Origin: Candidatus Gottesmanbacteria bacterium
Lineage (GTDB): Bacteria; Patescibacteriota; Microgenomatia; UBA10105; UBA927
Length of the DNA stretch: 64,000 bases
Reading direction: 5' to 3'
Assembly: GCA_903821745.1 (NCBI GenBank)
Contig: CAIJMI010000005.1
Location: forward strand, 135,802-199,801
The position numbers were made by a program, and so were the translations under genes. This document shows positions 21,147 to 32,236 of the stretch, in pieces (the first letter of the stretch is position 1; each line of letters opens with the position of its first letter). A model generated the notes under the pieces. The model saw nothing but the letters and a program-made list of their open reading frames with translations. It did no database searches and was not told where the DNA came from.

Positions 21147-21568
21147 GGATTTCTTCGACCGTAGTTATACCCACCTAAATCTGTTACCCCGCAGGTTGTA
21201 TCGGTTGTGGTAGATGGTTCCATAGAAGCAGCGACACAATAGCCATAATATTGACCATTATTTATATCTGTTGCAACATACAAATAGGGAAGTCCTTTCG
21301 GATCTGTTGGAATCGCTGGCATATAGGTATCAATAACTCCCGATAAATTTGTTGCTGTATCAATACTTCCAGGATTCACATTTGGATAATAACCAAAATC
21401 CGCGCGGTATAATTCGAGTGCCGATCGCATTTGTTCGATGTCACTTCGCCGTTTCGTGTTTCTCGCGTTTTTGTTAATACTGGTATACGACACAACACCA
21501 ATTGCCGTAAGTATAGCAATAATTGCAATAGCAATTAATATTTCCATGAGCGTAAATCCTTTTTTCAC
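21143..21568 (-). CDS. Type IV pilin, PilA/GspG-like.
   Basis: KKG|FTLMEILIAIAIIAILTAI...ARNTKRRSDI. Start moved to GTG 21568, which has AAAGGA 7 nt upstream, instead of ATG 21616 that overlaps the upstream pilin. Confidence 0.72.
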   Translation of the reverse strand: MKKGFTLMEILIAIAIIAILTAIGVVSYTSINKNARNTKRRSDIEQMRSALELYRADFGYYPNVNPGSIDTATNLSGVIDTYMPAIPTDPKGLPYLYVATDINNGQYYGYCVAASMEPSTTTDTTCGVTDLGGYNYGRRNP

Positions 21569-21581
21569 AGTATGTCCTTTC

Positions 21582-21986
21582 TTATTGCCGTTGATGAATA
21601 CAATAAAAATTCCCATCCGTTACTGTTCCGTCACAATTTGATGCACTATTTCCACTTTCCACTTCAAGAGTCGCGCAAACACAATAGGAGGTTGTATCAG
21701 GACAAGACATGGAATACCCTTCCTTCGTTTTTGGGTCAAACGGATAGTTGTCCGGCAAATACATTGTATCAATAACACATCCATCCCCCGATGGGTAGCT
21801 TTGTGTATCAGCAAAGGACTGCTCAATTCCTTGTTGGACAGCTTTCAAATCTGAGACTCTTCTGCTATCCCGCGCTTTTTTTTGCATAGTCGTATATGAA
21901 GCTGTTGCTATAGCCGTTAAAATTGCGATAAGTGCAATAACAATAAGAAGTTCGATGAGTGAGAATCCGTTTTTACGCGTTACCAT
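21582..21986 (-). CDS. Type IV pilin PilA-like with a Cys-rich C-terminal region.
   Basis: MVTRKNG|FSLIELLIVIALIAILTAIA... Start at Met 21986 just after the pilD stop. The long upstream extension of the ORF-track call overlaps pilD. Confidence 0.75.
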   Translation of the reverse strand: MVTRKNGFSLIELLIVIALIAILTAIATASYTTMQKKARDSRRVSDLKAVQQGIEQSFADTQSYPSGDGCVIDTMYLPDNYPFDPKTKEGYSMSCPDTTSYCVCATLEVESGNSASNCDGTVTDGNFYCIHQRQ

Positions 21987-22738
21987 AATGTATTCCATAT
22001 ACGGAGTATTGGTTCGCTCCATAATAGGGCCGTACCCATTCCAAAAATAAGGAATGGTCCGAACGGAATATGACTTTTCAGCTTCCGCATCCGCCCTAAA
22101 ATTAGTATGACACCCACTATTGCACCCGTCAAGAAAGCAGTGTAAAACGCAATAATTAAATTCGGATAACCACAAACTAAACCAATGAGGAACGCAAGAA
22201 GAATGTCTCCATCTCCCATAGCTTTTCCTCTTGAAAAAAACCAGAGTAAGTAAAAAAAACTCGCTCCAATGCAAGCAGGCAATAATGCAAATGAAACAAG
22301 ATGGAGAAGGGGAACAGTAAGAAATAACCGTAAGACAATACCGACCCCCGCAACATACAACATTTCAATAGGAATAAATTCTGTTTTTAAATCCACAACA
22401 AAAATAACGAGAAATGAGCAAAATAAAATCAGCGAAGAAAGAAAGAACAATGGGGAAGTATGGGCAGCATAAAGCAGCATAAACCCAACACCCGTAACTA
22501 GTTCAATAAGCGGATATTGAAGAGAAATAGGTTTACGGCAACATCGACTCTTTCCTCCTTGAATAACCCAGGAAACAAAAGGGATAAGTTCGTACCATAC
22601 AAGTGTGCGCTTACAATAATCACAATGGGAACGGCCATGGACAACATCCTGACCAACGGGTAAACGATCAATAAGAACGTTTAAAAACGATCCAATTGCA
22701 CAACCAAAAATAAAAATAATAATACTCAATTCATTCAT
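21980..22738 (-). CDS. pilD: Prepilin peptidase / N-methyltransferase (A24 family).
   Basis: N-terminal CxxC...CxxC zinc motif, polytopic membrane protein, and A24 family Asp residues. Confidence 0.9.
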   Translation of the reverse strand: MNELSIIIFIFGCAIGSFLNVLIDRLPVGQDVVHGRSHCDYCKRTLVWYELIPFVSWVIQGGKSRCCRKPISLQYPLIELVTGVGFMLLYAAHTSPLFFLSSLILFCSFLVIFVVDLKTEFIPIEMLYVAGVGIVLRLFLTVPLLHLVSFALLPACIGASFFYLLWFFSRGKAMGDGDILLAFLIGLVCGYPNLIIAFYTAFLTGAIVGVILILGRMRKLKSHIPFGPFLIFGMGTALLWSEPILRIWNTLW

Positions 22739-22767
22739 ATCATCATTATACGTATTTACAAAAACAA

Positions 22768-24807
22768 TTACTGTTGATCATTTTGTATATCCTTAGGGAA
22801 TTTTTTCTCATAAAATGCCGCAAAGGGATCCACATCTGTATCGCTTCCACAAACCTGCTTCCATTTATAATATTGCCGAAGTATCGCACGATCATATCCC
22901 CATTTTTTAACAAATAATGAAAGAAGGATCTTCGCATCTCCACAACGATTATGTTGATACAAAATAACAATAGGATACAAATACGATTCCGGAACCACAT
23001 TCAACTCTAACGCTAATGCCTTCTGCAACTCATTTTCTATATCTGAAAGTGATAAATCTGCCAATGCCATTTCCCGAACAACTATAGAGCGGTGTTGCCC
23101 GTACACTCGTAGGACATCCGATATCATTGGTATTTGTTTATGAAACGGAATGAGCACTGTTGGCGGAACAAATTGTTCCCAGAGTGGTAACGTATCCTGA
23201 ACGATTTTCTTATGATCCAACGAAACAGTTGAGTCAGGAGAATAGAGAAATAATAACCCATGCGCAGTCCATTGACCCGGTAACAAATTCGATTCGGTAT
23301 CGCAAACCAGAGGATGAGTTGCGATATTTGCAGTCACAAATGATTCTATCAATAACCGGTAATCCGAATTTTTTGGTTCAGGAACAATCAAATCAGGATA
23401 TTGCAAACGAAGAAACGATCGGTAATGGATATTTCCAAACCACCGGAAAAAAACGAACCGAATATCCGGCCTCTTTTTCTGAATAAAGTAAGTATAGTAC
23501 ATCGCATACGTCGATGTGTCTTCAAACAAAAATAAAATTCCATTTTGTGGCGTACTTTTTGCGATGTCGGTTGCAAGCTGTTCCATGGATGTATCGGTAC
23601 GTAACAAAGAAAACGCTTGATAATTATGTTTCCACTGAGAAAATCCGAGAAGGACAAAAAGAAGAAATACCACCAGCATATAAATACGTTTTTTCGTCTT
23701 CAACACCATCGCAATACCATATGCAACACACACGGCAAGTAATTGATACGGAACGATAAAAAACCGTTCAGTCGTTCCAATTTGATAATTCAACAGTTGC
23801 GTAAATCCTGCTATAAAGAAAAATAGTATCCAGCTACAGAGCGATACGGTTATAAAATCATACAGATGTGCTGCACGTTTCCGTAATACAAAAAGGCCAA
23901 GCAATATAAAAACGACGCCAACTAAAGAAAAATCGCGAACAATAAATTGAAAAAACGTATAGACATTCAATATTCTATTGAGAAACATTGGGGGACCGCC
24001 TGCTGTCGCCTGAAATGTCCCATATGATGCGCGCGTTACAAGTCGAATAAATCCTTCTCGTGTTGCTGCATGCTCGATATCAAATAATGTTCCACGAAAT
24101 GAAACAATGGGAGCATATATATAGGGAAGAAATCCTAATAAACCAAACAGAAATATTTTCCACCATGCATGAACAAGATGGGGAAGAACATCACGTCGTC
24201 TCCAAAAAATAAACATGATTGCTGGAAGGATAGTAAAAAGAATAGCGTGATGATGCGTCAATGCAATCCCTGTCCAAAAAGCTAAAAAGAGAAGTTGTGT
24301 TTGTTTCCCTTCTTCAAACCATGCAACCAGTTGATCTAACAATACGATGCTCATAAAACTATAGAGTCCGAACACCTCCTGCGATATAGCGTTGAGCCAA
24401 ACGGGACTGGTAAATCCAAATAAAACTGCTGCCACCGTGGAAGCAAAAAATGATGTTGTACATCGATAACATAGTCGCCACAAAAAATATAACGCCAGAG
24501 CGCTGGGGAGAGAAGAAAGAAAACAAGCGCGCCATGCAACAGTTCCCCATGAAAGTGCATGAATGAACAATCCGGATAAAAAGGTATAAAGTGGATAGCC
24601 AGGAGGGTGAGGGATACCCCACACATACGAGGCAAGTGTTACATCTCCTGCATCACCCCCATAAATACTATGCATCTGCATAGATATATATATCCATGCA
24701 AAACAGAAAGCTATAATGCTTGGAATACCATAAACCGCGAAAGTTACCAATCGCGGTTTAGGTTGAATCATTTGTTTCACAACGATTATTGAACACACCA
24801 GAAACAA
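22768..24807 (-). CDS. Large polytopic GT-C-fold membrane protein (DUF2723 / PMT-like glycosyltransferase family), embedded in the pilus locus.
   Basis: About 12 or more TM helices. The first-loop acidic motif (YGGDAGDV), then GIPHPPGYPLYTF, is typical of the DUF2723 / protein O-mannosyltransferase-like superfamily. Confidence 0.55.
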   Translation of the reverse strand: MFLVCSIIVVKQMIQPKPRLVTFAVYGIPSIIAFCFAWIYISMQMHSIYGGDAGDVTLASYVWGIPHPPGYPLYTFLSGLFIHALSWGTVAWRACFLSSLPSALALYFLWRLCYRCTTSFFASTVAAVLFGFTSPVWLNAISQEVFGLYSFMSIVLLDQLVAWFEEGKQTQLLFLAFWTGIALTHHHAILFTILPAIMFIFWRRRDVLPHLVHAWWKIFLFGLLGFLPYIYAPIVSFRGTLFDIEHAATREGFIRLVTRASYGTFQATAGGPPMFLNRILNVYTFFQFIVRDFSLVGVVFILLGLFVLRKRAAHLYDFITVSLCSWILFFFIAGFTQLLNYQIGTTERFFIVPYQLLAVCVAYGIAMVLKTKKRIYMLVVFLLFVLLGFSQWKHNYQAFSLLRTDTSMEQLATDIAKSTPQNGILFLFEDTSTYAMYYTYFIQKKRPDIRFVFFRWFGNIHYRSFLRLQYPDLIVPEPKNSDYRLLIESFVTANIATHPLVCDTESNLLPGQWTAHGLLFLYSPDSTVSLDHKKIVQDTLPLWEQFVPPTVLIPFHKQIPMISDVLRVYGQHRSIVVREMALADLSLSDIENELQKALALELNVVPESYLYPIVILYQHNRCGDAKILLSLFVKKWGYDRAILRQYYKWKQVCGSDTDVDPFAAFYEKKFPKDIQNDQQ

Positions 24808-25319
24808 TTAATACCTGTTGCATCTTTACTCTTACAAGCGGTTGCTCCTGACGTTACGGTATTTTCTACTCCTGACTGATCATATTTTGTTGCTGGATCA
24901 ACCTGGAATGATTTTGAACCTGGCTGATAACACACACGTACTTCCACTGACGACGTTGGAGATGAAGGCAGATAAGTAACAAACACTTTGTCAAGTTGCC
25001 CACTGTAAATCTCTTTAAAATTCGATTTCATTTCTCCTGCTGCCATCATGTTTGATAATGCAGTATTAATTGTTGCTGCACTAAGATTGGTGGAACTGAA
25101 CGTGGTTGTCTGATCTGTCCATGGCATTTTATTTGTTGTTGCGTAATACCGCAACACTGCCGTTTGAACTTGATTGACCAAATCTCGTGTTCCTGTATCT
25201 GTGCCCTTTTTCAATTGTTCAAATGGATCAAGTGCACCAATAAGACCGATAGCGAGAGCTCCTAATAAGGCGATAACGATAAGAAGCTCGACGAGCGTAA
25301 AACCTTTTTGTCTTTTCAT
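24786..25319 (-). CDS. Type IV pilin, candidate major pilin.
   Basis: Leader MKRQKG|FTLVELLIVIALLGALAI. Strongest SD in the locus (GGAGGTGATAACAAT-ATG). Own upstream intergenic region. C-terminal Cys pair (CKSKDATGINCFWC). Confidence 0.75.
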   Translation of the reverse strand: MKRQKGFTLVELLIVIALLGALAIGLIGALDPFEQLKKGTDTGTRDLVNQVQTAVLRYYATTNKMPWTDQTTTFSSTNLSAATINTALSNMMAAGEMKSNFKEIYSGQLDKVFVTYLPSSPTSSVEVRVCYQPGSKSFQVDPATKYDQSGVENTVTSGATACKSKDATGINCFWCVQ

Positions 25320-25398
25320 ATTGTTATCACCTCCTTACAATAAAATCTCTTCTCTTATTACTGTATAAGAACGTCTCTTCAATTGTCAACACAAATAC

Positions 25399-26607
25399 CT
25401 ATTTAAATTGCGATGTCAAATTATAAATTGGCGTTATGACCGATATGACAATAAAACCAATACCAACTCCCAAAACGACCATAATAATTGGTTCAATTGC
25501 CGTGGTGAGTCCTTTCACCATTCCTTCTGTTTCCATTTGAAAATATTTAGAAATTTTCAATAGAGTGTCATCCAATTTTCCTGTTTCTTCTCCAACCTTC
25601 ACCATTTGGGACACAATAGGTGGAAATTCTTTATGCGCAGCAAACATATCACCAAGTGGAAACCCTTTCTCAACCTTTTTTGCAATATCTTCAATAGCGT
25701 TTTGAAACAAAATATTATTCAGTGACCCTTTTAAAATACGTAGTGCATCAAGAATATGAATACCGGACCCAATTAACATCGAAAGTGTTCTCGTAAACTC
25801 AACAAGAATCAGCTTTTGCTGTAAAACACCAAAAATAGGAAGTTTTAATACGAGTGAATCCAACAAATATTGTCCGGATTCTGTCTTTTTCCACCGAGCA
25901 AACCCTAATGAAACACCACCGAGAAGAATAATCATGATCCACCATTTATATAAAATAAAGTTTGATAATCCGATTAACAATTTTGTAGACCAGGGAAGCT
26001 CAATACCAAAATCTTTGTATAAATCCGTAAGTCTTGGCATAACAACGATCATCATAATGATAACAACCGCTATCATACCAACAACGATAATGGCAGGATA
26101 AATCAATGCACCAACAACTTTATTCCGAAATTCCCGTTGTCCCTCAAGTGAATCGGCAAGCTGTACTAACACTTTATCCAGTTGTCCTGACGCCTCTCCA
26201 GCACGGACAAGCGAGATATAAATATTAGAAAAATATTGCGGATATTTGGATAAAGCATCGCCTAAATTTCCACCACCAACGATATTTCGTTCAATTTCCC
26301 CCAATACTTGTGCAAGTTGGGGATTTGGCGATTGGGTCTTTAAAATACCAAGTGAATCTGGAATAGAAAGACCCGATGTAACCATGGTCGATAACTGACG
26401 AGTAAAATTCACGATGTCAGAAAAACTCACTTTTTGCATTTTGGTAAATGCGGAAGATAAGGCTTTTTCCTGTGTTTGGGATAGAGAAACAACAAACAAC
26501 TGTTTTTCTTTTAAGAGTTTAATCGCTTGATCCTGACTACTTGCTTCAACCAACCCCGTTGCTTCTTTTCCATCCGGGGAGAATGCTTTGTATTTAAAAA
26601 ATGCCAT
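25399..26607 (-). CDS. pilC: Type IV pilus inner-membrane platform protein (GspF/PilC family).
   Basis: Two GspF repeats. Three-TM topology typical of PilC. Confidence 0.9.
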   Translation of the reverse strand: MAFFKYKAFSPDGKEATGLVEASSQDQAIKLLKEKQLFVVSLSQTQEKALSSAFTKMQKVSFSDIVNFTRQLSTMVTSGLSIPDSLGILKTQSPNPQLAQVLGEIERNIVGGGNLGDALSKYPQYFSNIYISLVRAGEASGQLDKVLVQLADSLEGQREFRNKVVGALIYPAIIVVGMIAVVIIMMIVVMPRLTDLYKDFGIELPWSTKLLIGLSNFILYKWWIMIILLGGVSLGFARWKKTESGQYLLDSLVLKLPIFGVLQQKLILVEFTRTLSMLIGSGIHILDALRILKGSLNNILFQNAIEDIAKKVEKGFPLGDMFAAHKEFPPIVSQMVKVGEETGKLDDTLLKISKYFQMETEGMVKGLTTAIEPIIMVVLGVGIGFIVISVITPIYNLTSQFK

Positions 26608-26613
26608 ATGAAA

Positions 26614-27669
26614 TTATCCTCGCTTCAGCAATCTACCAATGTCTTCTGGCCGAAGAGCATAGGCTGTTGCGACATCCACACTAATGTTCCCATCGTTTAC
26701 TGCCTTGGCAAGCGCCGCTTCCAAAGTCATCATACTAAATTCAGCAGATGTTTGTATCACGTTATCCAACTGATGTGTTTTCCCCTCACGGATGACTGAC
26801 CGAACAGCAGGTGTTGCAGTCATAACTTCACATACTGCAATTAACCCACCTTTAATTGCTGGAACCAATCGTTGGGAAATAACACCTTCAAGAACATTAG
26901 ATAACTGTAACCGTATCTGCTGTTGTTGATGCTCAGGGAATACATCGATAATACGATCAACGGTTTGGGCGGCTGAATTCGTATGAAGCGTTGCCAAGAC
27001 CAAATGTCCAGTTTCAGCAATGGTAATTGCAGCTGCAATAGTTTCATAATCACGCATTTCACCAATAAGCACAACATCCGGATCTTCACGGAGAACACTT
27101 CGAAGTGCAATGGACCAGGAATGGGTATCACCGTGCATCTCGCGCTGCGAAACGATCGACATTGCCGATGGATATATATATTCAACAGGATCTTCTATCG
27201 TTACAATATGTGATGCTTTCGTTTGATTAATGCGATCAATCATTGCAGCAAGAGTTGTTGATTTTCCTTGTCCTGTTGGACCGGTAACCAAAATCAGACC
27301 CTGACGAAGTTTCACAAAATCATGGAGCACTTCAGGAAGTCCTAACTCTTCAATGGAACGAATTTTTTCCGGAATATACCGAAATGCTCCTGCTGGAGTC
27401 CCACGCTGATTATATAAATTGACACGAAATCGCCCGGTTGGTGCAACATACGAAAAATCAACTTCTTTATTGGTCAAAAATAATTCTTTTTGTTCCTCCG
27501 AACAAATAGACAAAAGAAGCTCATGTACATCTGATTCCGAAAGTACGGCCTGTCCACTGATCATCTGTAATTTTCCCGATACACGAAGCATAGGGGGATA
27601 TCCAACGATCAGATGAATATCCGATGCTACAATACGCGATGCTTCTGCACATAATTCCTGCATGTTCAT
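26614..27669 (-). CDS. pilT: Twitching motility retraction ATPase PilT.
   Basis: Walker A GPTGQGKST, Asp box and His box of the PilT/GspE family. About 350 aa with no N-terminal GSPII_E_N domain. Confidence 0.9.
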   Translation of the reverse strand: MNMQELCAEASRIVASDIHLIVGYPPMLRVSGKLQMISGQAVLSESDVHELLLSICSEEQKELFLTNKEVDFSYVAPTGRFRVNLYNQRGTPAGAFRYIPEKIRSIEELGLPEVLHDFVKLRQGLILVTGPTGQGKSTTLAAMIDRINQTKASHIVTIEDPVEYIYPSAMSIVSQREMHGDTHSWSIALRSVLREDPDVVLIGEMRDYETIAAAITIAETGHLVLATLHTNSAAQTVDRIIDVFPEHQQQQIRLQLSNVLEGVISQRLVPAIKGGLIAVCEVMTATPAVRSVIREGKTHQLDNVIQTSAEFSMMTLEAALAKAVNDGNISVDVATAYALRPEDIGRLLKRG

Positions 27670-27680
27670 AATTGCTTCTC

Positions 27681-29402
27681 CTAATCCTGCGCAACGCGCA
27701 ACACTTCTTCAATTGATGTTAGGCCTTCCAATGCTTTCATATAGCCATCTTGTTTCATGGTTATCATTCCTTCAGAAATTGCTTGTGTTTCAATATCTTT
27801 CATGGTCGCACGAGACAAAGTCAACCGACTAATGGCATCTGTGACGGCAAATACTTCAAATATACCAAGTCTTCCATGATACCCTGTGCCTGCACAGGTA
27901 GAACAGGACACATCACTAACCGTTCCTTTTCCGCGATACAATTTTATTGGTTTATCTTTTTGAAGCAGGGGTCCCAACACTGCACGGACATCATCTTGTA
28001 TCGGCTGTTCTGGAATATATTCTTCTTTACAGGTTTCGCAAATTTTTCGTGCAATACGTTGACCAACAACTGCGTTAAGTGCCGATGCGATAAGGAATGG
28101 CTCAGCCCCAAGATCTATAAGCCGTGGAATTGCACCTGAGGCGTTATTTGTGTGCAGCGTTGAAAACACCAAATGACCGGTAAGTGCAGCCTGTACAGCC
28201 AGTTCCGTTGTTTCCTGATCCCTAATTTCTCCAACAAGAATAATATTTGGATCCTGACGCAAAAATGATCGTAAACCCGTTGCAAACGTTAATCCTGCTG
28301 GTGCGTTCACTTGGACTTGATTCACCCCTGCAATCTGATACTCAACCGGATCTTCCAGCGTCATTATATTAACCCGAGCATTATTGAGTTTATTCAGCAC
28401 AGAATACAATGTCGTCGTTTTTCCGGAACCAGTTGGTCCGGTCACAAGAATAATGCCGTGTGGCCGGGTAATGGATGTTTCCAAATTTTTTAATGCAAGA
28501 CCGCGAAGCCCAAGTTCCGGCAAGGAGGGAACCCCGCCAGATTTTTTCAAAAGCCGCATAACGATTTTTTCTCCAAACACTGTGGGAAGAGAGGATACAC
28601 GAAGATCAACCTCTTCATCTCCCATTTTAAAATTAAACCGTCCATCCTGTGGAATACGCCGTTCATCAATTTTCATATCGCCTAAAATTTTAATACGCGA
28701 TATGACGGCTTCATGGAGTCGTCTTGGAAGCAAGAGTCGTTCTTGCAAAATCCCATCCACCCGATACCGAACACGCGTTTCCGCATCCTGTGGTTCAATA
28801 TGAACATCTGATGCACGAAGCCGGATTGCCTGCTCAAGAATAGCAGAAACGATTTGTGCAATAGGAGCTTCCCGAATCACTTCATTTAAATGTCCCGCTT
28901 CATAAGTCTTTATATCAGACGGTGCTGTTTCTTTGAGCGCTGCAGTAACATCTTCTCCCAAATGCTGTGTGTACAAATTATTAATTGCCGTAAGTATCTT
29001 TTCTTTTACTGCCATATACGCAGTAATCGTTTTGTTTGTTTTCTTCTCCAAAAAATCAATAATCTGCGCATCGAGTGGATCTGCCATTGCAACTAAGAGC
29101 GTATTCGTCTTAGTATCAAATTCAAACGGCACAAGAATATATTTTCTTGCAACCGCCTCTGGAACATAGGTGATCAATTCCGGAGAAAAAGCGAGGGAGG
29201 AAACGTCAGCAAAGGGAATATTGAGGACTGCTGCCCGCGCACGAAGGATATCTTCTTCTTTTACTAATCGTTTTTGAAGCAGCAATGATTCGACGGATTC
29301 ACCAACATTTAAGGATTGAAGCAGTATTTCATCTGCCTGTTCCTTCGAAAGGTTTTTATTTTGAACCAGCTTATTTAATAATTCTTGGGCAGCGGCAGGC
29401 AT
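27681..29402 (-). CDS. pilB: Type IV pilus assembly ATPase PilB (GspE family).
   Basis: N-terminal GSPII_E_N domain, Walker A GPTGSGKTT, and a tetracysteine motif (CETC...CSTC). Confidence 0.92.
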   Translation of the reverse strand: MPAAAQELLNKLVQNKNLSKEQADEILLQSLNVGESVESLLLQKRLVKEEDILRARAAVLNIPFADVSSLAFSPELITYVPEAVARKYILVPFEFDTKTNTLLVAMADPLDAQIIDFLEKKTNKTITAYMAVKEKILTAINNLYTQHLGEDVTAALKETAPSDIKTYEAGHLNEVIREAPIAQIVSAILEQAIRLRASDVHIEPQDAETRVRYRVDGILQERLLLPRRLHEAVISRIKILGDMKIDERRIPQDGRFNFKMGDEEVDLRVSSLPTVFGEKIVMRLLKKSGGVPSLPELGLRGLALKNLETSITRPHGIILVTGPTGSGKTTTLYSVLNKLNNARVNIMTLEDPVEYQIAGVNQVQVNAPAGLTFATGLRSFLRQDPNIILVGEIRDQETTELAVQAALTGHLVFSTLHTNNASGAIPRLIDLGAEPFLIASALNAVVGQRIARKICETCKEEYIPEQPIQDDVRAVLGPLLQKDKPIKLYRGKGTVSDVSCSTCAGTGYHGRLGIFEVFAVTDAISRLTLSRATMKDIETQAISEGMITMKQDGYMKALEGLTSIEEVLRVAQD

Positions 29403-29498
29403 ATATAAATCTCAAAAATACACAAATACAACAAAAATATTGTCCTTTAGTTATTATTGAATGTTTTATGATATATTGCAAGAGAAACGTAGACCTCT

Positions 29499-30161
29499 AT
29501 GCATACATTTTTAATTATTGGCGGTTCTTTAGAAGATCGCAAAAACAAAATTACGAGTCTTTTGAATCGAGATGACATCAGGGCCATTGATATAAAAACC
29601 CTTGAGTTATCCGAAAATACCGCATCCCTTGGTATTAAAGCAGTCAAAGAGTGGCAAAAACAACTGCTCCTTATGCCGCGCATGTCGCCCTTCACTGCCG
29701 GGCTCATCATGTCTGCTGATCTTTTGACGACAGAAGCACAAAATGCACTCCTGAAAACGCTTGAAGAGCCACCAAAACATACGCGTATATATATGGAAGC
29801 GCCGTCAGATGTAGTATTTCTTCCAACCATTCTTTCCCGATCAGAGATTATGCAACTTCCCACGCACGCGCTCATTATTGAAACGGCAGCACAAATTCTG
29901 GAACAACTCAAACAACTGACCGACCCGAAAACATCGACAGGACAGGTTGTCCATATGATTGATTCAGACATAAAAAATAAAGAAGAAGCAGCGACGTGGC
30001 TTTCCAATGCGATCACTGTACTCCATAATGCACGACAAAATTTTTCCAAAACCACTTATATTTCCCTCATGAACCATCTCCTGTTGGGACTCAAACAACT
30101 GCATGCCAACGTTTCATATAAACTGGTTCTTGATCAGGTATTTTTATCCGAAAAACACTAG
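29499..30161 (+). CDS. holB: DNA polymerase III delta-prime subunit-like, short form without a P-loop.
   Basis: QNALLKTLEEPP and TILSRS motifs of clamp-loader delta'. No GxxGxGK(T/S). Confidence 0.68.
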   Translation: MHTFLIIGGSLEDRKNKITSLLNRDDIRAIDIKTLELSENTASLGIKAVKEWQKQLLLMPRMSPFTAGLIMSADLLTTEAQNALLKTLEEPPKHTRIYMEAPSDVVFLPTILSRSEIMQLPTHALIIETAAQILEQLKQLTDPKTSTGQVVHMIDSDIKNKEEAATWLSNAITVLHNARQNFSKTTYISLMNHLLLGLKQLHANVSYKLVLDQVFLSEKH

Positions 30162-30230
30162 ACAAACCCAGTTCCTTTGTATACAATGAATATAGTTTGA
30201 GCTTCGTAAGTGAGGCTCCTTTTTTCTTAA

Positions 30231-32168
<1,938 letters not shown>

Positions 32169-32236
32169 GGAAAATATTTATATAATAGGAAGGTTCAAAC
32201 AGGAGATATTCGTATAAAAATTTTATAAGGAGAATT

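Noticed and set aside
22746-24792. Small ORFs inside the GT-C gene (22746-23000 minus, 23160-23486 plus, 23388-23657 minus, 24351-24635 minus)
   Set aside because: These are overlapping-frame artifacts of the long AT-rich membrane-protein gene.
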